NCBI GenBank assembly: GCA_951406725.2
Contig: OX597840.1
Span: forward strand, 33,604,001 to 33,668,000
DNA from: Octopus vulgaris
Lineage: Eukaryota
Direction of reading: 5' to 3'
Length of the DNA: 64,000 bases
Part shown: piece by piece, positions 13,646-27,667 of the stretch
Layout of the letters: each line of letters starts with the position of its first letter
How positions within the stretch are numbered: position 1 is the first letter of the stretch
Program-made: the position numbers and the translations under genes
The notes under the pieces: generated by a model
The model's input: the letters and a program-made list of their open reading frames with translations, nothing else
Told to the model about the DNA's origin: nothing
The model's database searches: none

Positions 13646-14035
13646 TCTTTATACATAAAAGAAAGGTTGTGTGTCTGTCTACTCCGATTTAGATTCCTAA
13701 CTACTCCCACATTTTGCGGTGCAGTGTAAGCAAAAGCGAGTATCTTATAGTCGTGATTCATATCGAGCCCTTCTGGGTATTAGCGCGCGTCTACGATGAG
13801 TCTACGATTTTAAAAATAATTTACCATCATTTTTTCCATTTTAATGCATTTTTTCGCTATTATATAAGGGAAGTAACTCTCTAAAAATGTCTACGATGAG
13901 TCAACGATTTAAAAAAAATTTGCCATAATTTTTTTTCCATTTTAATGCATGTTTTGCTATTTTTTGGCTATAACTCTAAAATGCCTTATAGTTATTTCCC
14001 TTACAAACCCGAGCAACGCCGGACGATACTGCTAG
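13646..14035 (+). mobile_element. non-autonomous Helitron-like element
   Basis: 5' A|TC start, 3' GC-rich hairpin CCCGAGCAACGCCGG followed by CTAG|T, no TSD. Similar 5' ends at about 62437(+) and 32435(-). Confidence 0.7.
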
Positions 14036-14385
14036 TTATTATATAAATTGTATATTCGTGGATAAATTTGTCTGTGAGCATGAGTGTGAAAGAGAGGAGC
14101 GACAGCGTAACCTGACATATTTTGTACAGGTATTGGTTTGGTGCTGGTGATGTTAGCACAAGTGAAGATGGTATCTTCATGTAGCTAATATTTTGCCGTT
14201 TTGGTAATTTGGTAATTTGGTAGCATCAAGGATTGGAACGTTGCAGATGGAATGTTTGCTGTTTAATCGTTTATCGACGTGTCAATATTAGAGGGGTTTT
14301 TTTACAGCACCTTGCGGGTAAGCCGGTAGCTTTGGGCGTGTATGTTTGCGTGTGTGTGTGTGTGTATGAAGCGTATGTATATATG

Positions 14386-14491
<106 letters not shown>

Positions 14492-14576
14492 TATATAAAT
14501 TAAGTACAAGATGAGCAATGGGACCGATGTGATCGACTTACATCCACCATTGCTGGCTTTGTGCCAAAAATTGAAA

Positions 14577-14646
<70 letters not shown>

Positions 14647-15105
14647 TGTTGTTGTTGTCCTTCTTCCGTGTCTTCAAATTCCCCCGAGGTCGACTTTGCC
14701 TTCCAACTTTTCGGGGTCGATAAATTAAGTATCAGTTGATCCCTAGGGTCGATTTAATCAATAGAACCTCTCCCACTAAATTGTACTTATATAGAATGTC
14801 CTTGTTCCGGTTCTCTTTTACATTCTCTCAATGTTCAAATCCCACTCAATTCAAGATTTGCTCTTCCCTTCCCCTTCCTCTTCTTGCATCATCATCTTCT
14901 TCACCTTCTTCTTCTCCTTCTTCTTCTTTCTCTTCTTTGTCTTCTTCATCTCCTTCTCCTTCTTCCTCTTCCTCTCCTTCTCCTTCTTCTTCTTCTTCTT
15001 CTTCTTCTTCTATTCTTTCTCCTCCACCTCTCCTGCTCTTCCTCCTCCAACTCCTCATCATCATCTTCCTCTTCTTCTATTTTTCCCCTCCCCCCACTGC
15101 TCCTC

Positions 15106-15136
<31 letters not shown>

Positions 15137-16167
15137 TTCTTCTTCTTCTTCTATTCTTCTTCGTCTTCTTTCGTTATTTTAGTTTAGCTCCTCCCACACC
15201 ACCCTACAATTCATACCAGATCTGTAAGTGTATATATGTATGGCCATATATGTGAGTGCGGACATGCATGTGTATGTACACGTATGTGTTTGTGTGTGTT
15301 GTATTGTGGTGTGTAATACAATGTCGTAGTTGTTGTTGTTGCTGCTCTAAGGTTTCTGATTTAGTGAATTCTTTGTGAAATGTCTGTTGCTATGGTCCGT
15401 CTCTGTGTTGAACATGTATCGGGTGTACTGTAGCCCAACCCACTTCACCACCGACACACGGCACCACCACCACCTCCACCACCACCACCACCACCACCAT
15501 CACCACCACCACCACCAGCAACAACAACAACAACAACGACAACAACACCATTACTACTACCACCACCACCACCACCACCACAAATACCAACATCAACACC
15601 ATCGCTGCCGCCACCACCACCATGAATACCACCAACACCGTCACCACTACCATCACCAACAACAACAACAACACCATTACTACCACCACCACCACTACCA
15701 CCATTACCAACGTCACCACCATGAACACCACCAACGCCACCACCATCAACCACCACCACCACCATCACCACCACAACAACAACCAATTCACTACCACCAT
15801 ATACCACCACCGCCATCACCACCACCACTGCTGCCACCACCACCATCAACCACCACCACCACCACCACCATGAACACCACAACAACAACCTATTCACTAC
15901 CACCATATACCACCACCGCCATCATCACCATGACCACCACCATGACCACCTCCACCACTCATCTCCTCTCCACCTCAATGATTCATCAACTGATAAGACG
16001 AGCCACCGAGAGAGCCTCTACAAGATATTTTGGCCTGCTAGAAAGAGCAGCCATTAATTCTTTTCATATCACACTGTTGAAAAGAGGGTATGTTGAATAA
16101 GGTGGTCGTGGGATCACCGCATGTGAAGAAAAAGGAGTGTTGGTCACGGTTGGAACACCTTTAATTA

Positions 16168-16679
16168 CCGTAAATCCTCGAGAATAATCTGCATTTTTTC
16201 CCCAAAATTTAAAGGTCAAAATCCCTAGTGCGTACTATATACGAGGTTAAACATGAAAAATATTTTCTAAGCAATGTCCGAGTCTCTATTTGCTGTCCGG
16301 CAATGTTTATTCAGACGCATTTTGTGATGTTGGGCTCGAAAATACCTTAAGCTAAGCCTGAAAGCAATGAAGTCATAAAAGAATCATCCATAACTTGCAG
16401 TAAGCAACATTTATTAAACGTTATTACTGTTATTTCTTTATTTTCTGCAAACAAAATGCACAAAAAAGCTACACGTTTGCATTATGTTATATATACAATA
16501 ATAATAAAGGACGTTACCGTATACAGTTTTACAAACCAAGGGCGTTATATAGACCTCCTTGACTCAAGTTAGAGAAGGGTTGCGTATTATACAAAAGGTT
16601 TAGGTTTTTCAGAGGTACAGCCCCCTAAAAATCCCCTGCGTATTATACTCAAGGGCGAACTATACTCGAGGATTTACGG
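16168..16679. mobile_element. Tc1/pogo-type MITE
   Basis: TIR CCGTAAATCCTCGAG / CTCGAGGATTTACGG with TA TSD. Confidence 0.85.
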
Positions 16680-16736
16680 TAGTCGACTTCTTGATAAGAA
16701 GTGACCTGGGGCTAAACATCAAAAATATCAACAGCA

Positions 16737-17130
16737 GGCACAGGAGAGGCTATATGGTAAATAGCTTGCTTACCAGCCACATGGTTCCGGGTTCAGTCCC
16801 ACTGCGTGGCACCTTGGACAAGTGTCTTCTGCTATAGCCTCGGGCCGACCAAAGCCTTGTGAGTGGATTTGGTAGACGGAAACTGAAAGAAGCCCGTCAT
16901 ATATATATACATGTGTATATGTCTGTGTGTCTGTGTTTGTCCCCCCCCCCACCATTGCTTGACAACCGATGATGATGTGTTTATGTTACTTAGCGGTTCG
17001 GCAAAAGAGACCGATAGAATAAGTACTGGGCTTACAAAAGAATAAGTCCCGGGGTCGAATTGCTCGATTAAAGGCGGTGCTTCAGCATGGCCGCAGTCAA
17101 ATGACTGAAACAAGTAAAAGAGTAAAAGAG
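16737..17130 (+). mobile_element. SINE family A (tRNA head, CORE-like CCTTGGGCAAGT, GACTGAAACAAG(TAAAAGAG)n tail), about 400 bp
   Basis: A box TGGCTGTGTGG and B box GGTTCAGTCCC in the family consensus. Other plus-strand copies: 29696-29940, 60010-60409, tails at 2270-2435 and 3030-3210. Confidence 0.9.
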
Positions 17131-17899
17131 TAACCGGATGCCGCCATCGAAACAGCCATTCGTCCGGCGGTTATTCGTCGAACGTTCCAGCCAACGCCAA
17201 TTCAACACCCCCGTCTGAAGGAAGTCTTGACGAAGAAGCCGGATGAAAAGACCGAAGCAGCCCCCTCGAAGGCAGACTTCACAGACATGATACGCTTCGT
17301 AGTGGTGGTCATCATCCGACACTCTCACGGTGGCAAAAGATGACAGGACGCAGCGACACAGACCAATGCAGACTCTGTAACGAGGAGGTGGAATCTGCAG
17401 TTTATCTTTGGCTGAGTTTTCCGGCTCTGATGGTGGAACGCTATATCCTATTTCTTTACTACCCACAAGGGGCTAAACACAGAGAGGGGACAAACAACGA
17501 CAGACAAACGGATTAAGTCGATTATATCGACCCCAGTGCGTAACTGGTACTTATTTAATCGACCCCGAAAGGATGAAAGGCAAAGTCGACTTCGGCCAAC
17601 TAGGGGCTACAATGGATGAGATGAATCGTCTCCCTTCCGCGACTCTAGCGCTTCTGAGAGTTATTCTCAGCCGCATCATGTGACCAAAAACAACAACAAC
17701 ACCAGCCGTTCAAGAATTTGGACCTGGAGATCTCCATTTCCAGTGACTTCGAGGGCCACCTCCCAGTGGTGTCCGGCGTCAACGAAGAGCCCTCGACTAC
17801 AACAAGACGACCAAAGTTCTTTTATTTTTCTATGGTCTGGGGTCTCCCGCCCCTAAGCCCTAAACCATCACCTAATCACCCTTACCCGTCTTCTGGCTT

Positions 17900-17960
<61 letters not shown>

Positions 17961-19499
17961 GCAACAACAGTAGCAACAGCAACAACAGTGGAGATGCAAT
18001 GGCCCAATGGTTAGGGCAGCGGACTCGTGGTCGGAGGACTGCGGTTTCGATTCTCAGACCGGGCGTTGTGTGTGTTTATTGAGCGAAAAACACCTAAAGC
18101 TCCACGAGGCTCCGGCAGAGGGTGGTAGCGACCCCTGTTGTACTCTTTCGCTCCAACTTTCTCTCACTCTTTCTTCCTGTTTCTTGTCCCCGACTTCTTA
18201 CGCAACCGCTGAGCCTGGATGCGCATTCATCCATCCGTCGATGCTCTCGGTGTCGGGGGGTTGACCTGCTCTCTCTTCTGCGGGTCTTACGAATAGCAAA
18301 GGACCACGTTTCGGACTTTTCACATCTGGCGAGCTCTGGGACGAAGACCGTTCGCTCAACAGCGACAACAACAAACTCTACCACAACAACAATGAGAGAA
18401 CTCAGTCCGAGCCCATGAAGGAGCTTCTGTGCTGAAAAAAGACGAGATGGTCATGGGTGGAATATCTTTGATTAGAGGTCTTTTCGACATAGGTTGACTA
18501 AACGACAACATGTGATAAGTTTGTGGAAGATTAATAACCCAAGAAGGATTAGTTTTCGTTATCTCTGTTTTATTAAGATCAAATCGTGCTTCAGGTCCAA
18601 CAAAGCAAAACAAACAAGTGAATAAATATACATCCACCCACCCATGGCAAACACTCTCGAAAACACTACACAACTACCACTTTAATGAACGGACAAGAAT
18701 ACAACGAAATAATAATAATAATGACAATAATAATAAATATAATAATAATAATAATAGTAATCACTTTTTTTACTTGTTTCAGTCATTTGACTGCGGCCAT
18801 GCTGGAGCACCGCCTTTAGTCGAGCAAATCGACCCCGGGACTTATTCTTTTGTAAGCCCAGTACTTATTCTATCGGTCTCTTTTGCCGAACCGCTAAGTT
18901 ACGGAGACGTAAACACACTGCGATCGGTTGTCAAGCGATGTTGGGGTGACAAACACAGACACACAAACATATACACACACATACATATATATATGCGACG
19001 GGCTTCTTTCAGTTTCCGTCTGCCAAATCCACTCACAAGGCTTTGGTTGGCCCGAGGCAATAGTAGGAGACATTTGCCCAAGGTGCCATGCAGTGGGACT
19101 GAACCCGGAACCATGTGGTTGGTTAGCAAGCTGGAATGCTCGGTAGAACTCCTTCAGAAAGTTTGTTCTTTAGAGACAGCAATGATTATCAGGAGTGTTC
19201 TAATCACTTGAAAGACACTGAAAAATTGTGGGCCCCTAAGGTTACAGGTAGCAACCCGCTTCCCACATAAAGCACACCTGGAATAAGACCGAACCTGAGC
19301 CAAACAAAAATAGCAATAGTCTAATTAGTATGATTATTGAGTCAAGCAGGTTAGGTAGAAGTGACTGTCTCCTGGATTAAAAATTTACCTATAATAATTA
19401 GCGTCAGAGACAAAATTAGATTATGGAAAACCCAGGTGCACATATAGGGCCTTGGGTGGATTTTTGAAAGAAAATGCCATCAAATTAATTTATATTTAC

Positions 19500-20464
19500 C
19501 ATCATCCAGGCGAGTATTTTACTGTCCAGCTCCACGTGGGGTAACATTCCTGATCCCAGCCGACGTGGTCTTCTAGCACCGTCGTGTACCTTCTTGGGTA
19601 CCTTATGTACCCTGCTTGTTATGTAATGTAACCAGGGTCGTATCGGTGGTAATTTTGACGATTCTTGACATGTTCCGGTTGGTGCAGTTTCGTTTAGCAC
19701 ACGTGTTTCGTTTAGCACACGTGGTACCCCAAATGTTGCATGAGATGGTAGTTGTGGTGGTGTTGGTGGAGATGCTGGAATCCCATATTGTGGACGCTCT
19801 ATCTCAGGTACGACATCAGGTAAATCAGCTGGTTGATGGTGAACTTCCATGGGTACATGTGGTATTTCGATCGGTGCGTAAGTGACACCGCTTGCTCCGT
19901 GAGGTACTCTACGTGGTAGGTCAGGTACCCTAACTTGTCTGCTACGTAGCTGAGGTACCTTGGCTGTTGCAGAAGGCACTGAAGTTAATTGCTGACTTAG
20001 TGAAACCAAAGGTGCAGGAGAAAGGCAATGCGATATACGAGGTACTTTGCATGATACGGAAGGTACCTCGGTTGACGCATGACTTAATAAGCCTGAAGGT
20101 ACAGTAGACCGGCAACGAGATATAAGACGTACCCCAGAGGAAACGGGAGCTACAGTGACTGGTAGTTGACCACTAGGTACCCCTGAGAGAACAGGAGGTG
20201 GGCAACGAGGTACACGATGTACCCCGGATAACATAGGAGCTGCTAAATATGATACATGACTATTAGGTAACCTCGAAGGAACACAAGACGGACAAGGAGA
20301 TGTAAAGCGTACCCCGGGTAGCACGGCGGCTTGGTTATGAGGTACCCCGACTGCGCCGCGACACACAGACTGCATATCATGAGTTGCCTGCTCAGTCGAC
20401 ACCTCGACTGGAGTACGTTGTTGCATGACTGGGTTAACGAGTACCTCAGTGGCCGAGGGGGGCC
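19500..20464 (-). CDS. large Pro/Val/Ser-rich coding exon ending in a pogo/CENP-B HTH-like motif; membership of the KIAA2012-like gene uncertain
   Basis: About 320 open codons of non-microsatellite, GC-richer sequence; ATG|gtaaat donor (phase 0); candidate acceptor ttgtctcttgag| (phase 1), with an in-frame TGA just upstream. Confidence 0.5.
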
Positions 20465-20580
20465 CTCAAGAGACAAGGGTCAGAGTTCGATTTCAACTTG
20501 AGTCAATAAATTCACATTTGAGCATAAAATCGATTTCAATATATATACATGCGTGCATGCGTAAGTACATATAATATACG

Positions 20581-20656
<76 letters not shown>

Positions 20657-20662
20657 TGTATG

Positions 20663-20730
<68 letters not shown>

Positions 20731-21555
20731 TATATATATATATGTACATGCACATATGAATGAGGGTATATTTATGGGTGTATTTTATGTGTGTATGTAT
20801 ATATATGTATATGTATATATATTTTTTATATGCATGTCTGTATGTATATACGTATGCGTATCTATATGCGCGTGAGACTACGTATACTCATTCACTCTTT
20901 TACTAGTTTCAGCCATGCGGTTGCGGTCATGCTGGGGCACCACACTGAATGTCTAGAATTGATATATATATATATGAGTGCATAATCTATGTGTATATAT
21001 GCGTGTAGGACACCGAGTGAGAGAGAGAGAGTGACAGACAGAGGGAGCCAGAGAGAGAGAGAGAGAGAGAGAGTGGAGCAGTGTTATCACAGTGGTATCA
21101 CGCCTACCCTGTCACCACCCTAAGACACCCCTACCTTAACAACATCAATAGCAACAACCACAACAGCAATTCTTATCCCACCCCTACTTCCTGGTTTACG
21201 TTTACAGATACACACTCACTCACACACATACACACACACGCATATATATGTTGATAACGTTTGGGGTACATTTGTACACATATATGTGTGTGTATATAAA
21301 CATACCTATGCATACGTGTATATAAATATGTGTGTGTGTATACACCCGTGATATACAATTTATAAATGTACATGCTTATGTCTACATATGCATATATATG
21401 CATATATATGTATATATATATATATATGTGTATATATATAATATATATATATTTAAATATATATATATGTATATATATATACATACACATACATACACAT
21501 ACATGCAAACATACATACATACATACGTACATACATACATACATACATACATACA

Positions 21556-21591
<36 letters not shown>

Positions 21592-21643
21592 TATATAATA
21601 CATACATGCATACACACCCACAGACAAACACGGACATACGTAC

Positions 21644-21674
<31 letters not shown>

Positions 21675-22223
21675 CATGCATATAATCTTACATACATTCA
21701 CAAACACACCTACACACACACACACTCACACATACATACATATATACACATTTGAATCCTTGAAAGTTATTCAAGAGGGATTAACAGTGCCGAAATTAAG
21801 ATAATCATTCTCGTTCCCTCTTTCACTCCCCTCTCTCCTTACTCTTTCTCTTTCTCTCTCTCTCTCTCTCTCTCACACATACACTTGCCCTCCTCTGTTT
21901 TGTATTTACAATCTACCTCCATAGACAAGCAAACAAACCTTATCCTATTCTCACGTCACCCAACACAAATACAAAAATACAAATCTCTAGAACCAAACGG
22001 AAGAATTAATTAAAGAATAGCCGCGCTAAGACACTCCTCAAACGTATCACAGCACAGTACAAGGAGTGGAAGGTAGGAAAATAGAAGACTTCATATAACT
22101 TAAATGTACTGCTTAAAATTTATTCCTTCACCGACACCTACTTGGCAGTAAAATCATTGACAGTGAACCTGTTTTTGTTCTCTATTTGTCCGCCCCCACC
22201 GATATGTATCTGAAAGGCCTAAT

Positions 22224-22885
22224 GGATGAAAGCACTCCGTCGGTTACGACGACGAGGGTCCCGGTTGATCCGAATAAACGGAACAGCCTGTTCGTGAAAT
22301 TAACGTGTAAGTGGCTGAGCACTCCAAGTTCTCAGGGATATTCAGCGTGACACAGAGAGTGACAAGGCCGGCCCTTTGAAATACAGGTACAACAGAAACA
22401 GGAAGTAAGAGTGAGAGAAAGTTGTGGTGAAAGAGTACAGCAGGGATCACCACCATCCCCTGCCGGAGCCTCGTGGAGCTTTAGGTGTTTTCGCTCAATA
22501 TGGAAGCACTCCGTCGGTTACGACGACGAGGGTTCCGGTTGATCTGAATCAACGGAACAGCCTGCTCGTGAAATTAACGTGTAAGTGGCTGAGCACTCCA
22601 CAGACACGTGTACCCTTAACGTAGTTCTCGGGGATATTCAGCGTGACACAGAGAGTGACAAGGCCGGCCCTTTGAAATACAGGTACAACAGAAATAGGAA
22701 GTGAGAGTGAGAGAAAGTTGTGGTGAAAGAGTACAGCAGGGATCACCACCATCCCCTGCCGGAGCCTCGTGGAGCTTTAGGTGTTTTCGCTCAATAAACA
22801 CTCACAACGACCCGTCTGGGAATCGAAACCACGATCCTACGACCGCGAGTCCGCTGCCCTAACCACTGGGCCATTGCGCCTCCAC
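22224..22885 (-). mobile_element. SINE family C (tRNA-derived head GTGGAGGCGCAATGGCCCAGTGGTTAGGGCAGCGG), with duplicated body
   Basis: 13-bp TSD TGAAAGGCCTAAT at 22211-22223 and 22886-22898. Related heads at 17988-18360(+), 44211-44380(+), 55560-55790(+), 38600-38850(-) and 59540-59789(-). Confidence 0.85.
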
Positions 22886-23274
22886 TGAAAGGCCTAATAT
22901 TAATATCATTGGCAGTATGTCATTTCCCCATCTCTATTTCTCCGTCTCTGCTGATATGTATCTCAAAGGCCTAATATTAATATAATTGGCAGTGTGACCA
23001 TTTTCTCTCTCTATTTGTCCAGCCTCGTTAACACATATATCAAAAACAATTACCTAGTAACAATATCATTGGTAGTGCGTCCCTTTTCTTTCTCCGTTTG
23101 TCCAACCTCGCTGGCGCGCGCGCGTGTGTATGTGTGAGTGAGAGAGACAAGGGTGAGAGTGAGAGTGTGAGAGAATGAGAATAAGAAAGATGAGTGATTC
23201 AAAACAAAAACAAGAACAAAATGCAATAAAATATATATAAACGGCAAAAATTAACATTGTTATTACTAGCTAAC

Positions 23275-23546
23275 CTTCAGCTGTTGATGATGTTGATGTT
23301 GATGATGATATTGGAACGCTGTGTTTACGGTGGCCTGAAGAATGTAATCCGTGAGGATGGTCTGTTGTTGCTGTTTGTTCAAATTCTGGTAGGGGACTCC
23401 TTCTTCTTGGTGGTCGTGGTCGTGGTAATGGTGGTGGCGGCGGTGGTGGTGGTGGTGGTGGTGGTGGTGGTGATGGTGCGACAGCGGCGGGAGCAGGTCT
23501 CGAAACCCTGACGTCTTATTTGAGGTGCAACAATAAGAGCAGACGT
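23275..23546 (-). CDS. probable KIAA2012-like exon (phase 1-0), His/Gln-rich: DVCSYCCTSNK...HHHH...QHHQQLK
   Basis: ttctcttctatcag| acceptor and AAG|gttagc donor; 272 nt open in the phase required by the upstream exon. Confidence 0.65.
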
Positions 23547-23583
23547 CTGATAGAAGAGAAATGGATATGATGATAATAATGGG

Positions 23584-23621
<38 letters not shown>

Positions 23622-24018
23622 TTTACTCTTTTACTTGTTTCAGTCATTTGACTGCGGCCATGCTGGAGCACCGCCTTTAATCGAGCAACTCGACCCCGGG
23701 ACTTATTCTTTTGTAAGCCCAGTACTTATTCTATCGGTCTCTTTTGCCGAACCGCTAAGTAACGGGGACGTAAACACACCCGTATCGGTTGTCAAGCAAT
23801 GCTAGGGGAACAAACACAGACACACAAACACACACACGCATATATATATACACATATACAACGGGCTTCTTTCAGTTTCCGTCTACCAAATCCACTCACA
23901 AGGCTTTGGTCGGCCCGAAGTTATAGTAGAAGACACTTGCCCAAGGTGCCACGCAGTGGGACTGAACCCGGAACCATGTAGTTGGTAAACAAGCTACTTA
24001 CCACACAGCCACTCCTGT

Positions 24019-24578
24019 GGATTGTCCGGAAAATTCGTGCCGATTTGTAGTATCTTACCTTTCGACTTATTTTAGAACATAGTTGAGTCCATAAAATAGG
24101 ATTTGACTACACCTCCATTTAGAGCACAGTTTAAGCTATCTTTTCGTGGAAGAAGGTTTATGTTCCTATAACCTGTGTTAATTCTGTAACCCTTTAAAAT
24201 GAAAGATAAGAAAGTTCATTTTCGGTACTTGATGCTTTGAGAACCAGGCAAAAATTGCTGCAGCTCGGCTGGGATGTGTTACCCCACCCTCCATATTCAC
24301 CAGATATTGCTCCTTCGGATTTCCACTTATTCAGGTCTCTGCAGAATAGTCTTAATGGTAAAAATCTCAATTCCTTGGATGACGTAAAAAGATACCTTGA
24401 TGAATTATTTGTCATGAAACCACCTCAATTCTGGGAAGAGGGTATTTTCAAGTTGAAGGAAAGATGGAGAAGCATTGTGCATCAAAATGGTTCATATTTG
24501 GTTGATTAAAAATGTAATGGCAAGTATTTATTGACCTTTTTCTTTCCTTTAAAAGTCTGCACGAACTTTCCGGACAAC

Positions 24579-24580
<2 letters not shown>
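24019..24580 (+). mobile_element. mariner (DD34D) internally deleted derivative
   Basis: TIRs GGATTGTCCGGAAAATTCGTGCCGATTT / GCACGAACTTTCCGGACAACCC; transposase C-terminus HPPYSPDIAPSDFHLFRSL at 24240-24509. Confidence 0.92.
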
Positions 24581-24650
<70 letters not shown>

Positions 24651-24869
24651 CGAGCAAAAGAGCTAGTTTTAAAATCTCTAAATGAGTAATGAGTAGTAAC
24701 GATATTAAACAGTAAAGAGTTTATTTGCCAACATGAAGTGACTCTTCTATCCAGAACTATGTTACTCCGTCTAACCCCAGGAAAACACCTTTTCCAGATG
24801 GTTAACGACACGCAACCTGTGTCTGACATACTGTGAGCAATGGAGCGAACTAATCTTCTCTAGCTTTAG

Positions 24870-25190
24870 GTGGACCAGTAGACCATGGTTTCTAGGTCTT
24901 TTCAGCAACGACTACCCAAAACAGACCCATGGACCGGAGTATTATCGCCTGAATAATGCAGAGGTGTCATCTGCCTGGTAATCTCGTAAAACTCTCACCA
25001 GCAACAACTACCCAAACAGACCCATGGACTGGAGGGTTGTTGCCTGCGCGACTCAAAGGGATCATCCGCCAGGCAATCTCGAAAAATCATTCAACAGTAA
25101 TGACTTCTCAAACAGACCCTTAGAATGATGGGCTGTCACCTGTGTGGTGCAAAGATGTCATCCGCCAGGAGTAGGGAACCACCAACAAAT
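24870..25190 (+). repeat. degenerate tandem repeat, about 95-bp unit, three copies
   Basis: AAACAGACCCATGGAC...GTCATC(C/T)GCC recurs at about 24920, 25015 and 25110. Confidence 0.6.
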
Positions 25191-25334
25191 GCTGGATGTA
25201 GCGAGGCGCTGTTACAGCACTTTCCCCTATGATACTATTACACCAAATTTTTGTTTGCTGCAGGCAAACAAATACCCACGATGGGTTAACACAAGGCTGT
25301 TAGCGTGAATCGAAACTAGGGCAATATGACTTAC

Positions 25335-25505
25335 CTGGTTTCAACTGGTAGTCGTTGGACAAGACGTGTGCAAATGTATAACGGTAGGGATCGGGTAGCA
25401 ACATGTTATGAAGGAGTCGATAAGGGAGCGGTGATGAAGAAATGTCATCGAATGAGCTGTGAGAGTATGGGAGTTGATCCAATGATGGTTTGCTCTGGAG
25501 GTGAC
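25335..25505 (-). CDS. KIAA2012: KIAA2012-like exon (phase 1-1): GHLQSKPSLDQLPYSHSSFDDISSSPLPYRLLHNMLLPDPYRYTFAHVLSNDYQLKP
   Basis: ttccttcactccag| acceptor and CCAG|gtaagt donor; 171 nt. DDISSSPLPYRLL resembles KIAA2012 QDLSGVPPKYHLL. Confidence 0.8.
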
Positions 25506-27293
25506 CTGGAGTGAAGGAAAACAAAAACTTTTTCATTTTCGTCATCGTCGTCATCGTTATTATCGTCGCTATTGTCATCACCGTCATCGTCTTTGTCGTC
25601 AGCAATTGCAGCAACAACAGCTGCAGCATTCGTAGCTGCATCGTTAAAATTATTATCATCATCATCACAATCATCATCATCATCATCATCATCACCATCA
25701 TCATCATTATCATCACAATCATCACCATCACCATCATCACCATCATTATCATTATTATCATCATCACCATCACGATTATCATCCTCATCATCATCATCAT
25801 CACCATCTCAATCACCATCATCATCATCAACATCACAATCACCATCAACATCATAATGCCATCAATATCATCATCATCATCACCACCACCACCACCATCA
25901 TCACCATCATCATCACATCAACCTCATCATCATCACCATCACCATCATCACCATTATCATCACCACCCTCATCATCACCATCATCATCACCCTCATCATC
26001 ACCATCATCATCACCATCATCATCACCATCATCACCATTATCATCACCATCATCATCATCATCATCACCCTCATCATCACCATCATCATCACCATCACCA
26101 TCACCATCATCACCATTATCATCATCACCATCATCATCATCATCATCATCATCACCCTCATCATCACCATCATCATCACCCTCATCATCACCATCATCAT
26201 CACCCTCATCATCACCATCATCATCACCATCATCATCACCCTCATCATCACCATCATCATCACCATCATCATCACCATCATCATCACCATCATCATCACC
26301 ATCATCATCACCATCATCATCACCATCATCATCACCATCATTAACTTTATCAGCAGCAGTTGGAATGACCTAGAAAATGTTTCCCTTCTGTCACACACTC
26401 ACGCATACATATTCCCACACACAGGCTCCATCTACTCTCTCTCTCACACACACACACGCTCACAAACACACACACATACACACACACATGCATACACATG
26501 CAGTCTCTCACTCTGCCACACATACCTCACCCCTCCACACACTTTCAGTTTCTATCTACCAAATCCACTCACAACGCTTTGGACAGCCCGAGGCTATAGA
26601 AAAAGTTACTTGCCCAAGGTGCCATGCAGTGGGACTGAACCCGGAATCTCCTGCGGGGAGATATTTTTAGTCATTGGACTGCGGCCATGCTGGGGCACAC
26701 CTTGACGAATCTAATCGAACAAATCGACCCCAATGCTAATTTATATTTTTCTAAAGCTGGTATTTATCCTATCAGTCCATTTTGCCGAACCGCTAAGTTG
26801 CGCAGACGTAAACAAAGCAACATCGGTTGTCAAACTGTGTGTGGGATGGATAAAGAACAACACACACGCACACGCACATATACGACGGGCTTCCTCTCAG
26901 TTTCCGCCCACCAAATTGCATCACAAATCGGTTCGGAGCTATAAGTAGAAAACCGATGCCCAGTGGGAACGAACCTGGGACCATGTGGTTGAAAAACGAG
27001 CATCTTAACCACCCTCCACCCTTCAACGTTTGTATTTATTGCTGCTGCTGTTGTTGTTGTTACTTTACTTACTTTTACTTTTACTTGTTTCAGTCAATTG
27101 GCTGCGGCCTTGCTGGAGCACCGCCTTTTAGTCGAGCAAATCGGCCACGGGACTTATTCTTTGTAAGCCCAGTACTTATTCTATCGGTCTCTTTTGCCGA
27201 AACGCTAGGTGACGGGGACGTAAACACACCAGCATCGGTTGTCAAGCAATGCTAGGGAGATAAACACAAACACACAAACATACACACATATAT

Positions 27294-27344
<51 letters not shown>

Positions 27345-27522
27345 CGACAGGCTTCTTTCAGTTTCCGTCTACCAAATCCACTCACAAGGCCTTGGTCGGC
27401 CCGAGGCTATAGTAGAAGACACTTGCTCAAGATGCCACGCAGTGGGACTGAACCCAGAACCATGTGGTTGGTAAGTAGCTGTTGTTGTTTGCTTGTTTGT
27501 TTTTGTTCTTGAACCTTCTTAC

Positions 27523-27667
27523 CGTCTGCCACCAGTTGGTCAACAGTGGACTGGTCCCAGTATTTGCTCCAAATGGACAAATAGCGTTTAGCGGAAAAGC
27601 CAGGACGGAATTGACGCGGGAAGTCGTCGATTTTGGTCACGAGACGAGCATATTTTTCATTCGAATG
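27523..27667 (-). CDS. KIAA2012: KIAA2012-like exon (phase 0-1): HSNEKYARLVTKIDDFPRQFRPGFSAKRYLSIWSKYWDQSTVDQLVAD
   Basis: tgtag| acceptor and G|gtaag donor; 145 nt. RQFRPGFSAKRYL matches the KIAA2012 motif RQIQPGHSAKRYL, and the phase fits the previous exon. Confidence 0.87.

Noticed and set aside
14112-14340. Possible extra minus-strand exon with CAG|gttacg donor
   Set aside because: All three frames contain stops and the donor is weak; no phase-consistent acceptor was found.
17085-17112. SINE A tail CAGTC-AAAT-GACTG-AAAC looks like hammerhead helix II plus GAAAC
   Set aside because: There is no 7-nt core box upstream and no helix III or UH downstream.
17131-17880. GC-rich segments that look coding
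   Set aside because: Frames are interrupted and split by a SINE; probably a decayed retroelement ORF1, but no diagnostic motif is visible.
18356-18673. ORF as a continuation of the HTH-like motif (KTNPSWVINL)
   Set aside because: Poor acceptor, no clear donor and only vague similarity.
18899-19146. Recurrent ORFs such as EDTCPRCHAVGLNPEP and RRHLPKVPRSGTEPG
   Set aside because: They are translations of the non-coding SINE family A, and the frames are not conserved between copies.
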